Positions 14,140 through 28,178 of a stretch of 64,000 bases of DNA are shown one piece after another. This stretch comes from Bigelowiella natans CCMP2755. Its lineage: Eukaryota > Protista > Cercozoa. The stretch's first letter is position 1. The number at the start of each line of letters is the position of its first letter. The notes below the pieces were generated by a model, which made no database searches, had not been told where the DNA came from, and saw only the letters and a list, made by a program, of their open reading frames with translations. The position numbers and the translations under genes are program-made. The stretch lies in contig ADNK01002596.1 of assembly GCA_000320545.1 (NCBI GenBank), forward strand, positions 62,001 to 126,000, in the 5' to 3' direction.

Positions 14140-14830
14140 AGCGTGACATGCGATGCATTTAGCAGTATAACATGTGATTTATCACATAATCATACAATTA
14201 GATATGTGCGATGTGTCTTGTTGTTGGCGTGAGCACATATGGTCACACAGACTATGCTGATACGTCTAGCTAGCTAGGCGTACGGTGCATTCTTCAAGTA
14301 CGGCCGGCGCTGAGATTGCATGCCTCAGCAGAGTTGCACATGTAGTGGTTGCTGTGTCCGCACGCTGCTAGCACGGCCGTACATGCATGGATTCCGTGTG
14401 ATAACGTCAAGATGCATGTGGCCATCACTAGATCATGCCGCATATGACATGTGAATCATTTGTTGATGAACATAGCACATCCTTACGTGTACGTACACGC
14501 AGTCGATCGTTGCAATCTAGCTAGCTAGCGCGGCTGCACGTATCGTACAAGCGTACGACAGCATGTACATCTATAGGCATGTCTAGATGTGTACATCATC
14601 GGTTTTACGAGGTGCCAGATGTTGGCAATGGCTGTGTTATACTGTGCTCGCTATTATTAAAAGCTAGTAGATTAGTATCGTATCGTAGGTCCTCGATCAT
14701 GTGCATACATGCGCGCAGCTAGCTAGCTAGCATCACAGCGCATGCGCGCTGGCATTTGCACTGTGTTGTGTACGTACGCGTCACATCCAATGGTGCATTT
14801 GCTGAAGATGAATATGCCGTGAAATGAGTA
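14140..14830. other. Intergenic island B between convergent CCR4 and SRP19; partial TpA depletion with (CTAG)n runs
   Basis: Rich in TGCA, CATG and GCGC. CTAG runs near 14266, 14517 and 14719. Confidence 0.6.
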
Positions 14831-14859
14831 GTAAACCACTGTTAATGATTATTTTCGCA

Positions 14860-15724
14860 TCATCTACGCTTGCCTTTCTTCCCTTTTTTTTTGTTCCTAC
14901 CCTTTTTGCTATTGACTTTCTCTGCAGCTGCCTGTAGTACGTAGGGATTGTAGTAGTAGTATTAGTATCTAATAAGTAATTATTGAAAAAAATGGATATG
15001 AATTGAACAGTACCTGCTGAGCCTGGAGGCGAGCCTGGACTTGTTTTATACGCTCATGACGAATTTTCAGTGTTGGAATTTTTTGCCCAGCAAATTCCAT
15101 AAATGCCTGCCAATTTACCACACCAGGTTCGAAATAAAAATGTATCAATGAAAAATCCACAGATGACAAACCTTCCTAGTTGGTATTGTCTTGTTCACAG
15201 GTTCTTTCTTCTCGTTCCAAAGTTCAACCTAGATGGAAGAAGATGTGTTAGTCACAACGTACAAAACTGGAAAGAATAAGACGATGACAGACCCGAACAC
15301 GCCCCGGAAGGATGACTTGATTAGGTTTTAGCATAAAAGTTCGAGGGTGGAGCTTAGCTCTCTCAAGCACGAATCTTAGCTTCAGAGCTATGATGAAACA
15401 TAGAATTAAGTGCTGTTAACGAGATCAGATCATTGATGTACCCGAAGCGATATGTGCAATTTCGAGAGCCGTGGGATTATCACAGCAGTCCTTTTTCGCA
15501 ATCTTTCAGGAAAGGAGATTTTAAAGTTCAACGTTGGATCGCATGATTTATTGGAAGGAACCTTTCTGCCCTGTGCATACGTTCGGAGACTATTTATGTA
15601 ATTTGGATAGAATATGGCCCACTTCTTCGATTTCTCGAGCTATCGAAACAAAGTAAAATCAGGATGTTCAAAATCGAATTAAAATTGAGTCTACCAATTC
15701 CTTCTCATCTATTTTCTTCTCCAT
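14860..15724 (-). CDS. SRP19: Signal recognition particle 19 kDa protein, 7 exons
   Basis: Spliced: MEKKIDEKEL|LEKSKKWAIFYPNYINSLRTYAQGRK|IAKKDCCDNPTALEIAHIAS|ALKLRFVLERAKLHPR...PGRVR|VELWNEKKEPVNKTIPTRK|AFMEFAGQKIP...|...KKGKKGKRR*. Shows the YPxYI..GR, HPR and GRVRV motifs and a Lys-rich tail. Confidence 0.95.
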
Positions 15725-15912
15725 GGTACGGGGGGGGGCCTGCCGTAGTTTAAACGCCGGAGCTCGCACAAATACCGGAATCTTATAACGAATTTAATCC
15801 AAAATAGAGGTCAATTCTAAGTGATATCGTGAATACCGGTGGTACCGGTTGTTTTACACTAAAGTTGTTGTTGTTGTTGTTGTTGTTGTCGTCGTTGTCG
15901 CAGTAACTCTAC
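15725..15912. promoter_or_regulatory. Short putative bidirectional promoter between SRP19 and the monooxygenase
   Basis: About 190 nt between divergent starts. The motif TACCGG occurs three times (15774, 15834, 15843). Confidence 0.4.
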
Positions 15913-18347
15913 ATGCCCATGCCCATAACTCAACACGACGACGACGACGACGACGACGAGGAGGAGGAGGAGGAGGAGGAGGAGGGCCGACTGACCCAGA
16001 AACAGGCATCAGCAACAACACTAGCAGTAGCAGAAGTTGTAGCAGAACCTAAAGAGAATAATCGAGTCGACTACAGAGTAACCATGGCTGCTGCTGCTGC
16101 TACTACTACTGGACTACGAACAAGTGAGTTGTTAACCTGCTGCTGCCACTACACCACACTGCTTGGTGGAATAAAATTGACGTGTTCTTGCTATACAGCA
16201 GGGCGGGTTGCCGTTGTTGGGGCAGGCATTAGCGGACTTAGTTCCGCCGCATGCTTACAGCGAATTGGCTACGATGTCCATTTGTTCGAGGGAAAGGACG
16301 AGGACACTTACCTTCAAGACAAGGTAATGAGAATTTGTACAGTGGTGATGGGGGGAAGTTTATCGTTGCAGACCTTCCTTTCACGAAAATTGGACAGTTT
16401 ACATATTTGCATACTTGTATACGCACTATTTGAAATTGATTATTATCAGCCTGATCATGGGTTCGGTATTTGGTCAAATGCACTGCAATGCCTCGTTAAG
16501 GTAGCTTCTAGTACTTACAATGATCTTCGAATTTGCTTAAAATTGGTCGTTCGTTGTATTTACTACAGCTTGGCTTGAAGGAGCAGCTGGAATCGAAAGG
16601 AAGGTTTATGAAGGAGGTGGGATATAAAACGAAGGTAAATCATTGAGAATACAATCACTAACAATGATGATTTGGTGTACCCTACCCACCTCAACGGAGG
16701 GATTTGGAGGGAAATCACGGGAAGGAAGAAGCATATGAGTTAATTAACTTGAAACATACTATCATCTTCTATTTTGTATTTCTGTTCTTTTTCTGGGTGT
16801 AAATCCTGTAGTCAGGAGAATGGTTGGCACAACCCTCAAAGCATCTCCAACAGGTAAGCATAACTAGTCACCATAAGAACAATCAAAGCACCAACCATTT
16901 ATGAAGATGGATGATGATGATGATGATGACGAGGAGGAGTGCTGCCCGAGCCACTAATGTCACTAGAAAAGAAGAGTTAAAATAAGGAAGAGGATAGTAC
17001 AATTGGTTGTTAATCTTGTTTCTGTAGTATTCAGAGCTAATGATGTTCTATTGATGTTGTTTTACATAAAAATGGTGGTGAGCATAGCACCTTGAGTTTG
17101 CTGCTGGAACCCCAGTCTCTCTCTTTATGCTATATTCGGATCTCATCAAGATGATGAGGTACTAGTAAGCAATCAACATCTCTACCTTGATCAACGTTAC
17201 AATCATCATCACTATTCATGTCGTCTCATTCTACTATCTTCTTCCTCCTCCTTCTCCTAATTATTACTCTTACAATACTTGGTATATAGATCTGTGGCCC
17301 CTCCAATTAAGTTTTCCACCAAGTTTCAACAAATACCTTCCTCTTCTTCGTCTCCAGAATATGATTTTCACGTCATTGCTACTGGAAATGATCTGCGGAG
17401 AGCTGACATAGCTTACAGAGGATACGTAGTATACAGAGGTCTCTGCCCAGCCTCAAGGGGAGGAGGAGGAGGAGGAGGAGGAGGAGGAGGAGGAGGAGGA
17501 AGCCTACAAAAGGTACTACCGGTAGTAACTATCAATATGAATATCAATAAATAATAAGAACGTTTGTCAATGTATATATATTATGAAGGGGTGTTCTTTG
17601 GAAGGAGGGGATGGCTTAAATGCATCATTTCAAACATGGTCAAATGGTAAAAGGTGCAGCATCCATCCATCTCCTCCCCCCCCCTCTCTTTCGCCAACCA
17701 CGAGTCCGACAACTACGAAGAGGACGTGTATTAATGACAAGCACATAGTATAATTTCTTCTTTTTTTCCATTTCTTCTTCCTCCTCCTCCTCCTCTTTCT
17801 CTTTTTCTTCTATACTTGTATTTCACGATGTCAACCTCACCATCTTTCTTTCTTTTAAGAGTTTGCTGACTACCACTTGTTTTATTCTTAGATTTGCTAC
17901 GGTTCCTATGCGAGATCACTGGGTTGTACAACAACTAATGCTAACGAACAAATGAGAAAAACGATGACGTCAAACAACAACGATAGTAGTCCTATTAGTT
18001 CTTGCAAGAGATGATGATAGCAGCAGCATCAGAGCAGCAGCAGAAGATAACAAAGCCACCACCACATGATATCTACGTACCCCCACTCCTCCTCCTCCTC
18101 CTCCCCCCTTCTCTTCCTCCCCCTACTATATCAGGTTTGGTATGCAACGGTGCCAACAATTCCTTTGAAGCAAGAACAGGAGGGAATGATAGCAGCCGTA
18201 TCTGAAGACAACCCCCTTTCCTCTCCTTCATGCCGTGTAATCACAGAGCAACAAAAAAGGGTGGGTAGTGATGATGATGATGATGATGAGAAAGTTATTT
18301 GATTATTAGTTTCATTAGATGCTCATCTGTCTAATCCTAATAGTCGG

Positions 18348-18384
<37 letters not shown>

Positions 18385-19064
18385 GCTAGTTACAAGCATA
18401 GCATGTACAAATATATGGATTATGTGGTGTTTTGGAAGGAGGAGTAACATGCCGACATTTATGTCCCTTCTCTTCTTCTTCTTCTTCTTCTTCTACTACT
18501 ACTACTAGTAGTAATACTACTATTACTACTACTTTTACTACTACTATTACTACTACTATTACTACTACTGCAAGCTACTGCAAGTAGCACTTCTTAAATC
18601 TGCACGTGTATTTGTGGTAATAATATAGAATTTAATTGACGAATTTTCGGAGTGGCACGATCCCATCCTGCCTCTCATAGAAAACACAGGTTGCGAGCAT
18701 ATCACGGCAGGTAAATGCATATAATGTTTCTTCTTATATGTAGTGGTACTAGTAGTGGTACTAGTAGTTGTAGCAGTGGTAAGATTTCTCATCAGTATTC
18801 CTTACTACCATCTTGTCTATAATATCAGAATTTGCATATAGTTCTACGGATACTACGATGCCACCTCCTTCATCATCTTCTTCACAGTCCGTCTTTCTTG
18901 GTTGTTATCAATAATATTGTAATATGATCATCATCTAATATAATATATGCGGTGTTGTTTGTTTGTGTGTTTGTATGTATGTATGCATGCATGCTGCTTG
19001 TCATCGTGCAAATAAGCATTGGCACCATCATAACTGATAGCATACATTAATTACACGTATCAAT

Positions 19065-19097
<33 letters not shown>

Positions 19098-19461
19098 AAT
19101 GAAAACACACAATAAACAACGAGAAGAAGCATCCATTACCACCTCGAATAGGTGATGCAGCTGTTGTCCAAGATCCCATTTTAGCTCAAGGTAATAGACG
19201 CACACGCACGCACACACACACGCTTCTTATTATTATATCATGAGTGGAGAAGGCACAGGTGCATTATCTCTAAACACGATATATCAGTATACACAACAAA
19301 TACGGTAGTTTGATAGCCAATAATATGATGGGTTTAATGATGATGCGAAAACTCTTGATTTTTGAGTGTACCTTTCTCTGATTACGTGTACATTTGCAGG
19401 TGGTGGCGTCTGCATCGAGGAAGCATTTCAGCTTGCATATCAAATATCTTATGCAAACAAG

Positions 19462-19492
<31 letters not shown>

Positions 19493-20540
19493 CTAGGGTG
19501 AGAATGTAATTGTCATGCTAGAATAATATATTATGCAATATCTCCCAGATGACGATGAAGAGGATGATGATGTTGCGCAAACTCTCTGAATAATCTGCTA
19601 ACGTCGTTCTTGTACCCAGAATTCCTTGCCTATTTCTGTCGCTTTCGCCGCCTTCGAGCAAAAACGGTGTGTTTGCGTGATGTGTAATGATTATTGTAAG
19701 GTGTTGCTCGCATCTTGAGACATCTAGCTTTTGTCAAAAGACCCGAATCAAAATCAAAGACTATGATACAATTTTCATCTTTGTCCTCCAGGCATTGCAT
19801 GCGTAAAATAGCAATAATTTCTGAACACTTTTCTGAGACTTTAAAATTATTTTGCTGACAAAGCAAGAAAATCACGTTTATTCCTTTTTATCTATGCAGG
19901 AAGAAAAGGATAAGAACACTTCAGTATCTTTCCAACTTATCACAGGTATTAATCTGTGCGTATTAATGTTTATGGTGGTTTCCTTTCTTTAACATCAAAG
20001 ATCTGAAAATGCAACCACGGTATATTTTAGACTATCGGGTGCCTCAAAAGCCCTTTGGACACTGTGCGCGACGTATCTATGCTTGCGGTTCCAGGAGCTG
20101 TATCATGGTAACATTTATTACGGGAGTACTACTACAAGTTTTATGATGTAAATATGTAGTTACTAGTACGTGCTTGTGTATATGTGTGAATGTATGTATA
20201 TGTATATGATGTATATGTGTGTGTGTTTAAGAAGTAGAGATCCCATGGTATTGTGAGTCATTTTTTGCTATGAGCAAGCTAGTGTAGGAAGATGTAACAA
20301 GAAAAGCGAGCACTTCGTTTTTCGACTACCTTAACAACTCACGATGTGTACTTGATGTGCGTGTATGCGTCACCTTTGCCCTGGAGCAAGACTACCGGTT
20401 ACTTTTTGATTGCATAATTTTTGCAATTTATCATGACTATCAGTTTCATGTTTGATACGTTAATGGCGGCTTCCGTGTCCACTTCACTCCTGGTCAACGA
20501 CGGTGACTTTGATTTTCTGACTACTTCCGACCGTAAGTGA
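15913..20540 (+). CDS. FAD-dependent monooxygenase (FAD_binding_3; salicylate hydroxylase/zeaxanthin epoxidase-like), multi-exon
   Basis: GRVAVVGAGISGLSSAACLQRIGYDVHLFE (GxGxxG), GFGIWSNALQCL, YRGYVVYRGL, WYATVP, EFSEWHDPILPLIENT and IGDAAVVQDPILAQG|GGVCIEEA (GD motif). Last exon ends TGA 20538-20540. The start may instead be the ATG at 16084. Confidence 0.88.
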
Positions 20541-20759
20541 TGCATGCAGTGAACATGAGAGACGATTCCAACATGAAAGTTTTAATTTGGCTAAAAATTC
20601 GATCATCGCTATGTAAAGATGCAATAATTCCCTTTGTTGTCTACGCACATTGTTGCGCTCACAGAATGCGCTCAGCAGCGTCCTCAGTCTAATTCAAAGG
20701 CGGGGTATGCGTTGATTATGTCATCATATCATCAATAAAATAAACTTTGTTACATGAAA

Positions 20760-21420
20760 TCATGCGGCTCATTCGCCGCTAGTCAATCTAGCAACAATTG
20801 AAAGCATGCGCAGGTGCAATGTGTCAAATTGCCACAGTTTGATGCCCAGCCAATGGCCTCAAGTAGCACAGCATGCATGATCACGCATGGCTACATCGAC
20901 CCACAGGCACAAATGTTGTAGGCTCTGCTACCTCGAAAAATCCACACACCGCCCACCGTTCATTCTAGCATTGTCGCTATTCACCTCATGTCTGCAGTCT
21001 AGGATGCAAATTACTGTGTGTGCGCATGTGGGCTTTGATGCAGCTGCAGTGAGAGACACGTGTACACATGGAACATGGAACACTGTTCTGTCATGAATCA
21101 CATGACACACTATTGTTGTCATTATCCTCGCCTGCTCTGCTTGATCCAACATATAAACATGCACATGCGGCCGCCTGCATGCTGCTGAAAAGTAACTGTT
21201 CTTTCGCACATACGCCTTCATGAACAGTGTCACATTGCATCACCTAGTCATGTTGGTTTACTTGCTACTTTAATCTGCTAGATACTGTACCAGCGTAGCT
21301 TCCGATCCCGCGTTTCATATCTTGCATGCGGTCTGCTGTATATGGCTTTAAACTTGAATGTGTCGCATGCTAGTATAGCCTATTTACATATCGTACATGC
21401 CATCCCGCCGCCGCATAGCC
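20760..21420. other. Intergenic island C (partial TpA depletion) between convergent genes
   Basis: Rich in CATG, TGCA and CACA. TA is reduced relative to the flanking AT-rich 3' regions. Confidence 0.55.
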
Positions 21421-21851
21421 TTTGCAAAACCGTACATCATTCTAAACAAATGTCATTTCCTTAACTTGTGGTGTCAATTGATTTATTAGAGGAACTATAT
21501 ATAAATATATATGCTCAATCTTCTACTTAAACAACACTGCGGCGAAAAATTAATCGTATTAATCGCACGTAATGCATTCTAATTACTTCAGACTATGTAT
21601 TGACTACTTATATAACAAGATGCTTTTTACTCACACACTGCTTAAATATACAGTGTAAAGTGTCACATATCTAAGATACGCCGATGATATTCTTTTAATA
21701 ATAATCCCAAAAGAAAGAAGACAGAACCACATGGAATACATCCACATTGGATGATGTTTTTCATGTAGTCCGACGATTTGACAAACAATACATTTCAGAC
21801 GCTGAACTATTTCTCACCCTTTAGTGTATAATATGATGATGCTCATGATGC

Positions 21852-21886
<35 letters not shown>

Positions 21887-21889
21887 AAA

Positions 21890-21923
<34 letters not shown>

Positions 21924-22054
21924 CTCTTGCTGCTTATTTCAAGAGGAGCCGCAAATGAGCATTCCGGTATGATGAAGGGGCCATTCTTCGATTGACCGCC
22001 GTTACTCATACTCCTTTTCCACTGTTCGCCACCATCACCGTCATCATTAGAAAA

Positions 22055-22987
22055 TTACGCTACGTGGCAACCTTCATCAATGACCAAGTTCTCTTCAAGT
22101 CCTTCACAAGGACATCTTGGTATCTTCTTCAAGCTTGAGGAGCCAAAGACATAACATTTGTTGCATTTGTTGCAATGTCTGCAAAACATGACACAGCACC
22201 TTGTTAGAGGTCACCCCAACCGGAAAACACACATTCATAATTAGACCGGTAGGAACTCTCTCTCACACAGCAAGTCTTATACATACATACATACTAACTC
22301 TTACTTTGAGTGCAATGGCATGCATCTCTTGCAGCTTGTGCAATGCCTCAAAGGTCCCACATCTTGCGAGTGTAATGCACCTATTCATAATAGAAACATT
22401 TGGAGTGTTAGGAGGACAAGGGAAGAAAAGAAGGAGAAGGAAATGATGTGTATTGTGAAAAGCTGATTGCTAATAATATTAATAATAGCAGTTATTAGTA
22501 CATAATAAATGATGTTGTAGCTTACCTCTGCAGAAGCTATAACTATGCACCTGGTCACATTGACCTACTGCCAGCCGTCCCTCGCACGGATATTTATTGT
22601 TATGCTTCAATACCATATCAAGAGCCACTTGGTTGGTACATGCGTGGCATGTGAAACGCTTTGGAATATCGGATATGCAAACATTGATCATGTTGTCCTT
22701 CATGCAGCTGCTCGAAACCTGGTAATGATAATGATGATCATCCATTAGTAATAACACTACTGTAGATTTAATCCGTAATTACTGATGATGATGATCGTCA
22801 TCGTGATATGTCCTTCAATGACATCGGTGGTGGTGGTGGTGACAACCTCTTTAATTCCCATGCTCGCTAACGTTTGGAAGTTAAAATCAAGCTTTGATTC
22901 ATTACTCAGTGTAGACCTGAAGAACAGATGACTTATAACTCTATGCTGTAGTCGTCGTTTTAGTAATCATCACAACTTATCCAAGCG

Positions 22988-23019
<32 letters not shown>

Positions 23020-23736
23020 AGCTACTACTTACTACTCCTCTTACCATGTTGATGCTGAAGATCCTGACGTACGACTCATTTCTGACGGGTCTGTGAGTGG
23101 TAGACCAAGAACAGAATACTCAAGAAATCAATAAAAAGCAGCAGCTAATCATAATTTCCAGAAGCAGCAAGTTGTATAACTACCGGTCATCTCGATTTGT
23201 AGAAGGTCATCGGCTCTGTTTTTACTAGTACTCTTGCCTACTGTCTGTCCGCTGGAACGTGTTCCTAGGGGGAGGGGGGGGGGGGGGGGGGAGAAAAAAA
23301 AAAAGGAAAAAAAAAAAAAAAAAAAAAAAAATTTTAGGGAGAAAAGCGGGCTACTGCAAATAGAAAAGAAGCGCTAGCAACATCATCATTGAACAAACTC
23401 ATTTGTTAACATGCACCATCACTAATAATCTATACCACGACTGTTTCCACTGGTGCCACCACCACCACTGTCACCACTAGAAGGTCCTCCCCCTTTTGTT
23501 ATTATCAACACGTCGCATAAGGGAAATTGTCAAATGAGACTAGTCATTTCTTATGGATCCGTCACACACACTGAGTAAACCATGACTACATAATACTAGT
23601 AGTAATTCTATCCATTGTCTTCTCACCTCCATTTTCACTACTCCAGCTGTTCTCATCATCCGATTCTTTCAGGATCCGAGCCCTAAATTCACAACATTTT
23701 TGCATTGAAAACTACTATACGGTGCTCAATCAGCAG

Positions 23737-23778
<42 letters not shown>

Positions 23779-24361
23779 TGTTCAGCAGCAGGCAGCACGG
23801 GTAGTAGTAGTAGTCGAGCACCTGAGGCTTCTGTCCTGCATTGCTGTAAGCGATGAAGACGATGGATGATGATAACCCTTTTTTGATTCCCAAGCACCTA
23901 AGTAATAGCGCTCAATAATCAAACTTTATACACTGACCCCGTGCCCCCCCAGTAGTGAATGTAGTACATATCAATTTATATATCAGTCTATATCATCCTT
24001 TAGTAGTGGGACGTACGTACTACAAATTAATATGATGAGATGATACCCGATGATGATGATGATGTCTGAGATGATGGAAATGGTCTTCCGCTAAGATGTC
24101 TAGTTTGGGAGCTCATTGATGTAGGCCTCGCAATTCTTTTCGGGGGGAATCTGCGACTACTGTCGAAGGAACTTGATACTACTTCCGTAACGCCATTAAC
24201 TCCATTATTATTATGTGTATACATGTTAACATCCCGCGCCCTTTTCATGCCCGATCGTATCCTTCTCTCGCCGCTGCATAAGCCATCCATACAAAATCAT
24301 GGGTGAGAGACTGTTTTTATAAACACGATGAGAGATAGAGAGATAGAGAGAGAGAGAGATA

Positions 24362-24420
<59 letters not shown>

Positions 24421-25250
24421 GAGAAGATTTTTAACCTGTTTTGCCTGGTTTTACGTGCTTCCCAGTCCAAAGGATATTGCGATTGTGATACACTAGGATA
24501 TGATAAAGGCCGCCGTGACCTTCCCTGCTGCTCATGCAAAGGATGGTCATACCCCCATCTCCCACGTTTCATCTCATTCCCCATTATTTCAAGTCTAGTA
24601 GAATTGTAATGGTGTCGTTTGGGCTGCTGCTGGACATGGTCGTTGCGTCTCCTATTCCACGTCTCCAAGCTCCGAGCGGCCTGTAAAATAGAAAACTCAG
24701 TTGAAAATGGCTGTCATTCACTTCTGGTCTACTTTAGTTGCCTTTTCAACAGGAAAGTGTTTAAAAAATACCTGGAGCAAGGTCATCGCGCCATTGCTTT
24801 CCGCGGAGGATGTCATCCTCGGTGCTTCAACAGCTCTTGCTTGAAAGTGTATCTCTCTCCTATTTTTAAGTTTTGCTCGTCCCGCTCCTGGCAAAATAGC
24901 TTCTCGTGTCTTCTCCCGCTCTTATTTTGGTGGGACTCTTCGTGGACTGGTGGGGATTTCCTCTTCTCGTGGGGTGAGGACAGAGGCTCTCTTCCTTCTC
25001 TCTTTCCCTTTTCTCCTCTTTCTCTCTCTTCCCTCAAGTAACCATTCCTTTTTGGCGATTTTACCTGTAATTTCATAATAAATTGATAATATCTCTTTTC
25101 TTTTCTCTTGGTCTATCTCTCTTTTGATATATTTCGTAGCTACATGATGTGGTTTCTCTTTCCATTTCTCATTTTTGCAAGATTATGTCTATTTTCTGGT
25201 ACAAAAAAACCCAGTTTAAGCCTTTTAAGAAACATTCTCTCTCTCTATCT
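22055..25250 (-). CDS. Uncharacterised multi-exon protein with a low-complexity N-terminal half and a C-terminal Cys/His zinc-binding cluster (CTCHY/DHHC-CRD-like); 5' end uncertain
   Basis: The last three exons splice to FTCHAC..PCEGRLAVGQCDQVHSYSFCR|GALHSQDVGPLRHCTSCKRCMPLHSK|HCNKCNKCYVF..RCPCE..* (TAA 22055-22057). Confidence 0.65.
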
Positions 25251-25991
25251 ATATAGTTGCGAAAACTACAGGCCTGTATCAAGAAAATTGCCGGGGTACC
25301 CTCTGTCATTGACTGTTTGTGCCGTTTCTAACCGTTCATGGTTTGTATTTTCTGACAATTTTTACTAAAAAATTCCATGAAAGTTGCGCAAATGAAATGC
25401 GAACCCACAAGAAGTGGATTAAAGAACATGTTTTCATGGCAACCGAGCTGTCTGGTTTTCTCTTTATCATTTTTCCTACTTGGAAAACTCATAGAAAAAG
25501 ACTTCCATGGACTTCATGCGTGAGGTCTGGTGCGACAACAGTTTGGATTAGACTTCGAGTGATAATTTCATGGGACAAATGAAAAACTGGTCTTCTTTGT
25601 CTCTTCTCAGAATTCATATACATTCTGCAATAAAAGACAAGTTATTTGAAGCATTTTCTTATACAATATTTTAAAAGATGTCGTAGAGTCAAAATGCTGT
25701 CCAAAAAAGGTATTTCTACTTTTACCACAATGTGCACAGCATTTTGGTATCAAATACCGAAGGCTTGCACCAAGCTTCCGCCCCCCTCTTTTGATTCTTC
25801 AACAAAGGAACAGAAACAGGAAACACTCAAACAAATTAGACATCACAGATGTCAACCAGTTTGAGTATTCTGATACTCTTGATGATAGCCACTGTGGAAG
25901 GTTATTTATCTTTTTAGAGTGTTGGTGATAGTTGGGGGGGTTTCTTTCTAACGGTCATGATGGTATCCTCCCGGTAGGGCGATTCACAGCA

Positions 25992-27161
25992 ATGGACTCT
26001 ATTCCTGAAGAAATTGTTACAGGTTTGCAATATATTAACAGTAAGTTGTTAAATGTTGTGCCAATTAGATTTGAATCATTCCTTAACAAATCTGAAGAAA
26101 ACAGTCAGGTGTCTCAATTGCCTCATATATCCAAATACATCCTAGGGCTTCATACAGCAATCGTCAACGGGAGCCTTGCGAAAAAAATAAATGTTTCTTC
26201 CATGATAGAATCCAGAGCTGAAGATTCATATCGTCCTTCATTTGAGGACAACACGAGGCAATCTTCTTCACGTAGGACCTGGACCTCAAATTATGAAGGA
26301 AATTATAACAGTCACTATGATCATAGAAGGATCGAATCTAAGCCCCAACACTTCAACCAACAAAACTCACGCAATCGAGAAAGAGAATCTGAATATATGA
26401 TGTCAGAGGAAGAAGAGGAATTGCGAAATAGAATTAACTTAGCAGCGAAGCGCGAATCAAGTGCTCTCCGTGAGGTTGAGGTGTTAACCCAGGAGATGCG
26501 GGAAATTTCATCTGAAAATAGAAAAATTCGAAGCAAGCTTAGAAATATAGAAATAAAATTCCAGCAAGAAATGGATGAGCTAGCGACTTCTAGGAATGAA
26601 CTCAAAGATGAAAAAGAGAGGGAAAGAAATGCAAGATACCGAGCTGCTATGTCAGAGGCACGTGCAGTAAGGGCGGAAAGAAGATTAGAACGCACTCGGC
26701 GGATGATGGAAGAGTTGCAAACAGAAAAGAGACAAAAGGAGGACGTGATTGAATCCGGAGATGTTTCAAAATCCCGAGAAGCATTCCCGCATCCCCATGT
26801 GCATGAGAAGTCGAAGTTTAAGGAGAATCACGTTGGACATCTGAGACAAGAAAAATCTACAAAAAATGCGGTAGAATCAGAAAAAGACGTTGCTGTTCCT
26901 CAAGATGGGGGCATCACTGACATTGATGGAGATAATGACGTCACAGAGACAAGCTCCAAAAAAAAACCTTTGGAGAATAAGCATAATAGAAAGAGTCATA
27001 CTGAAGAAGAATCGGGTGACGACATTGTAGATGCGGGTGCCCGTATCGTTTCTCTAACGGCTATCCTTATTTTTGGAATTGCCGGTACGGCCTGTGGAGT
27101 TGGTTCCTGCGCCTCTGTAGCTTACATATATCGCAAGAACAGAAAGCTGGCTGGTTATTAA
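25992..27161 (+). CDS. Coiled-coil protein with a C-terminal transmembrane helix and basic tail (tail-anchored-like); intronless ORF
   Basis: 409-aa ORF (ATG MDSIPEE at 25992). Long E/R/K heptad region, then IVSLTAILIFGIAGTACGVGSCASVAYIY-RKNRK. Confidence 0.75.
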   Translation: MDSIPEEIVTGLQYINSKLLNVVPIRFESFLNKSEENSQVSQLPHISKYILGLHTAIVNGSLAKKINVSSMIESRAEDSYRPSFEDNTRQSSSRRTWTSNYEGNYNSHYDHRRIESKPQHFNQQNSRNRERESEYMMSEEEEELRNRINLAAKRESSALREVEVLTQEMREISSENRKIRSKLRNIEIKFQQEMDELATSRNELKDEKERERNARYRAAMSEARAVRAERRLERTRRMMEELQTEKRQKEDVIESGDVSKSREAFPHPHVHEKSKFKENHVGHLRQEKSTKNAVESEKDVAVPQDGGITDIDGDNDVTETSSKKKPLENKHNRKSHTEEESGDDIVDAGARIVSLTAILIFGIAGTACGVGSCASVAYIYRKNRKLAGY

Positions 27162-27369
27162 TCTGCAAAAACATAATTTGTGTGGAAATTAACACTAGAA
27201 CAAATGCGTGAGCCCTTACATGTAGAGCACTCTGGAAATATATGTAATATGGAACAGAAATCGGTACGATGTGCATAATAAGGTTTCTTCCGACACTACT
27301 ATCTCTAGATGTAAAATTTCAGAAAGCGAATATGAAGTACGATGCATAAATTACGTCACAGTGGAGCTG

Positions 27370-27990
27370 AGCTGTGAACATTCACAGACTTTTTTTTAGC
27401 TAGAGACGCTGAATGGCTATTCATGTAGCTTGTAGCTAGCTATTCAGCTAGTTCTATAGTATGAATATAGATCTAGATGTGATGCTCTTAGTTGCTTTGA
27501 TGTGCAGTCAATCGCATCAAATATGTCATGCTATAAATGTGATGCGCACAAGTCTAGTTTTGGAGCTGCTTGACTATTGATATGACGTTCATCTGCTTAT
27601 GCTCATGTAGATCATGTGCAGCAGCCTAGATGAAGTACTGTGCACACTCACACACTAAGCTAGACACGCCGTGCGCACACAAACACACACAATCGCACAC
27701 ATGTGTACGCAACAAGTACGCACATGTTTTCGATCTTGCGCAGCACGCACACATGCGCACATGTACGTATGTGCATATCTAGACACGTACATCGAGTTGC
27801 ATATGCATGTGATCGCACTCATTGACGATGGGATAAATGAACGCTGAAAAAGGCCAGGGCTGTACTTTGTCCGTCGCAGCATCCGATGAGCAAAATGTGG
27901 CTGGCGCAGTGATGCACATGCATCATTGTGGTAGATACAGCATGATCATTGCACAATTGCGGCATCACACCGGGAACAAAAGAAGCATAG
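27370..27990. other. Intergenic island D (partial TpA depletion, CTAG-rich) between convergent genes
   Basis: Many CTAG and alternating R/Y runs such as gcacacatgcgcacatg. Confidence 0.55.
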
Positions 27991-28178
27991 CAGAGTGTGC
28001 AGTTAGTTCAGAGGTTGATAGGAGGGGCTGTGATGAATCGAACCAGAAACCGTTAGACACCATGCTGTCGTACCTCCCAGCCCGCTGTTTCTAAAATTTC
28101 TACTAACACGTCCGCATCACGATCTTCCACCAAGTTTACGTGTAGATCTACTGGAACAGAGGATAAAATACTCACAGT

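Noticed and set aside
23268-23331. Poly-G followed by poly-A as a retroposon tail
   Set aside because: On the coding (minus) strand it is the pyrimidine tract before an AG acceptor. There is no element body or target-site duplication.
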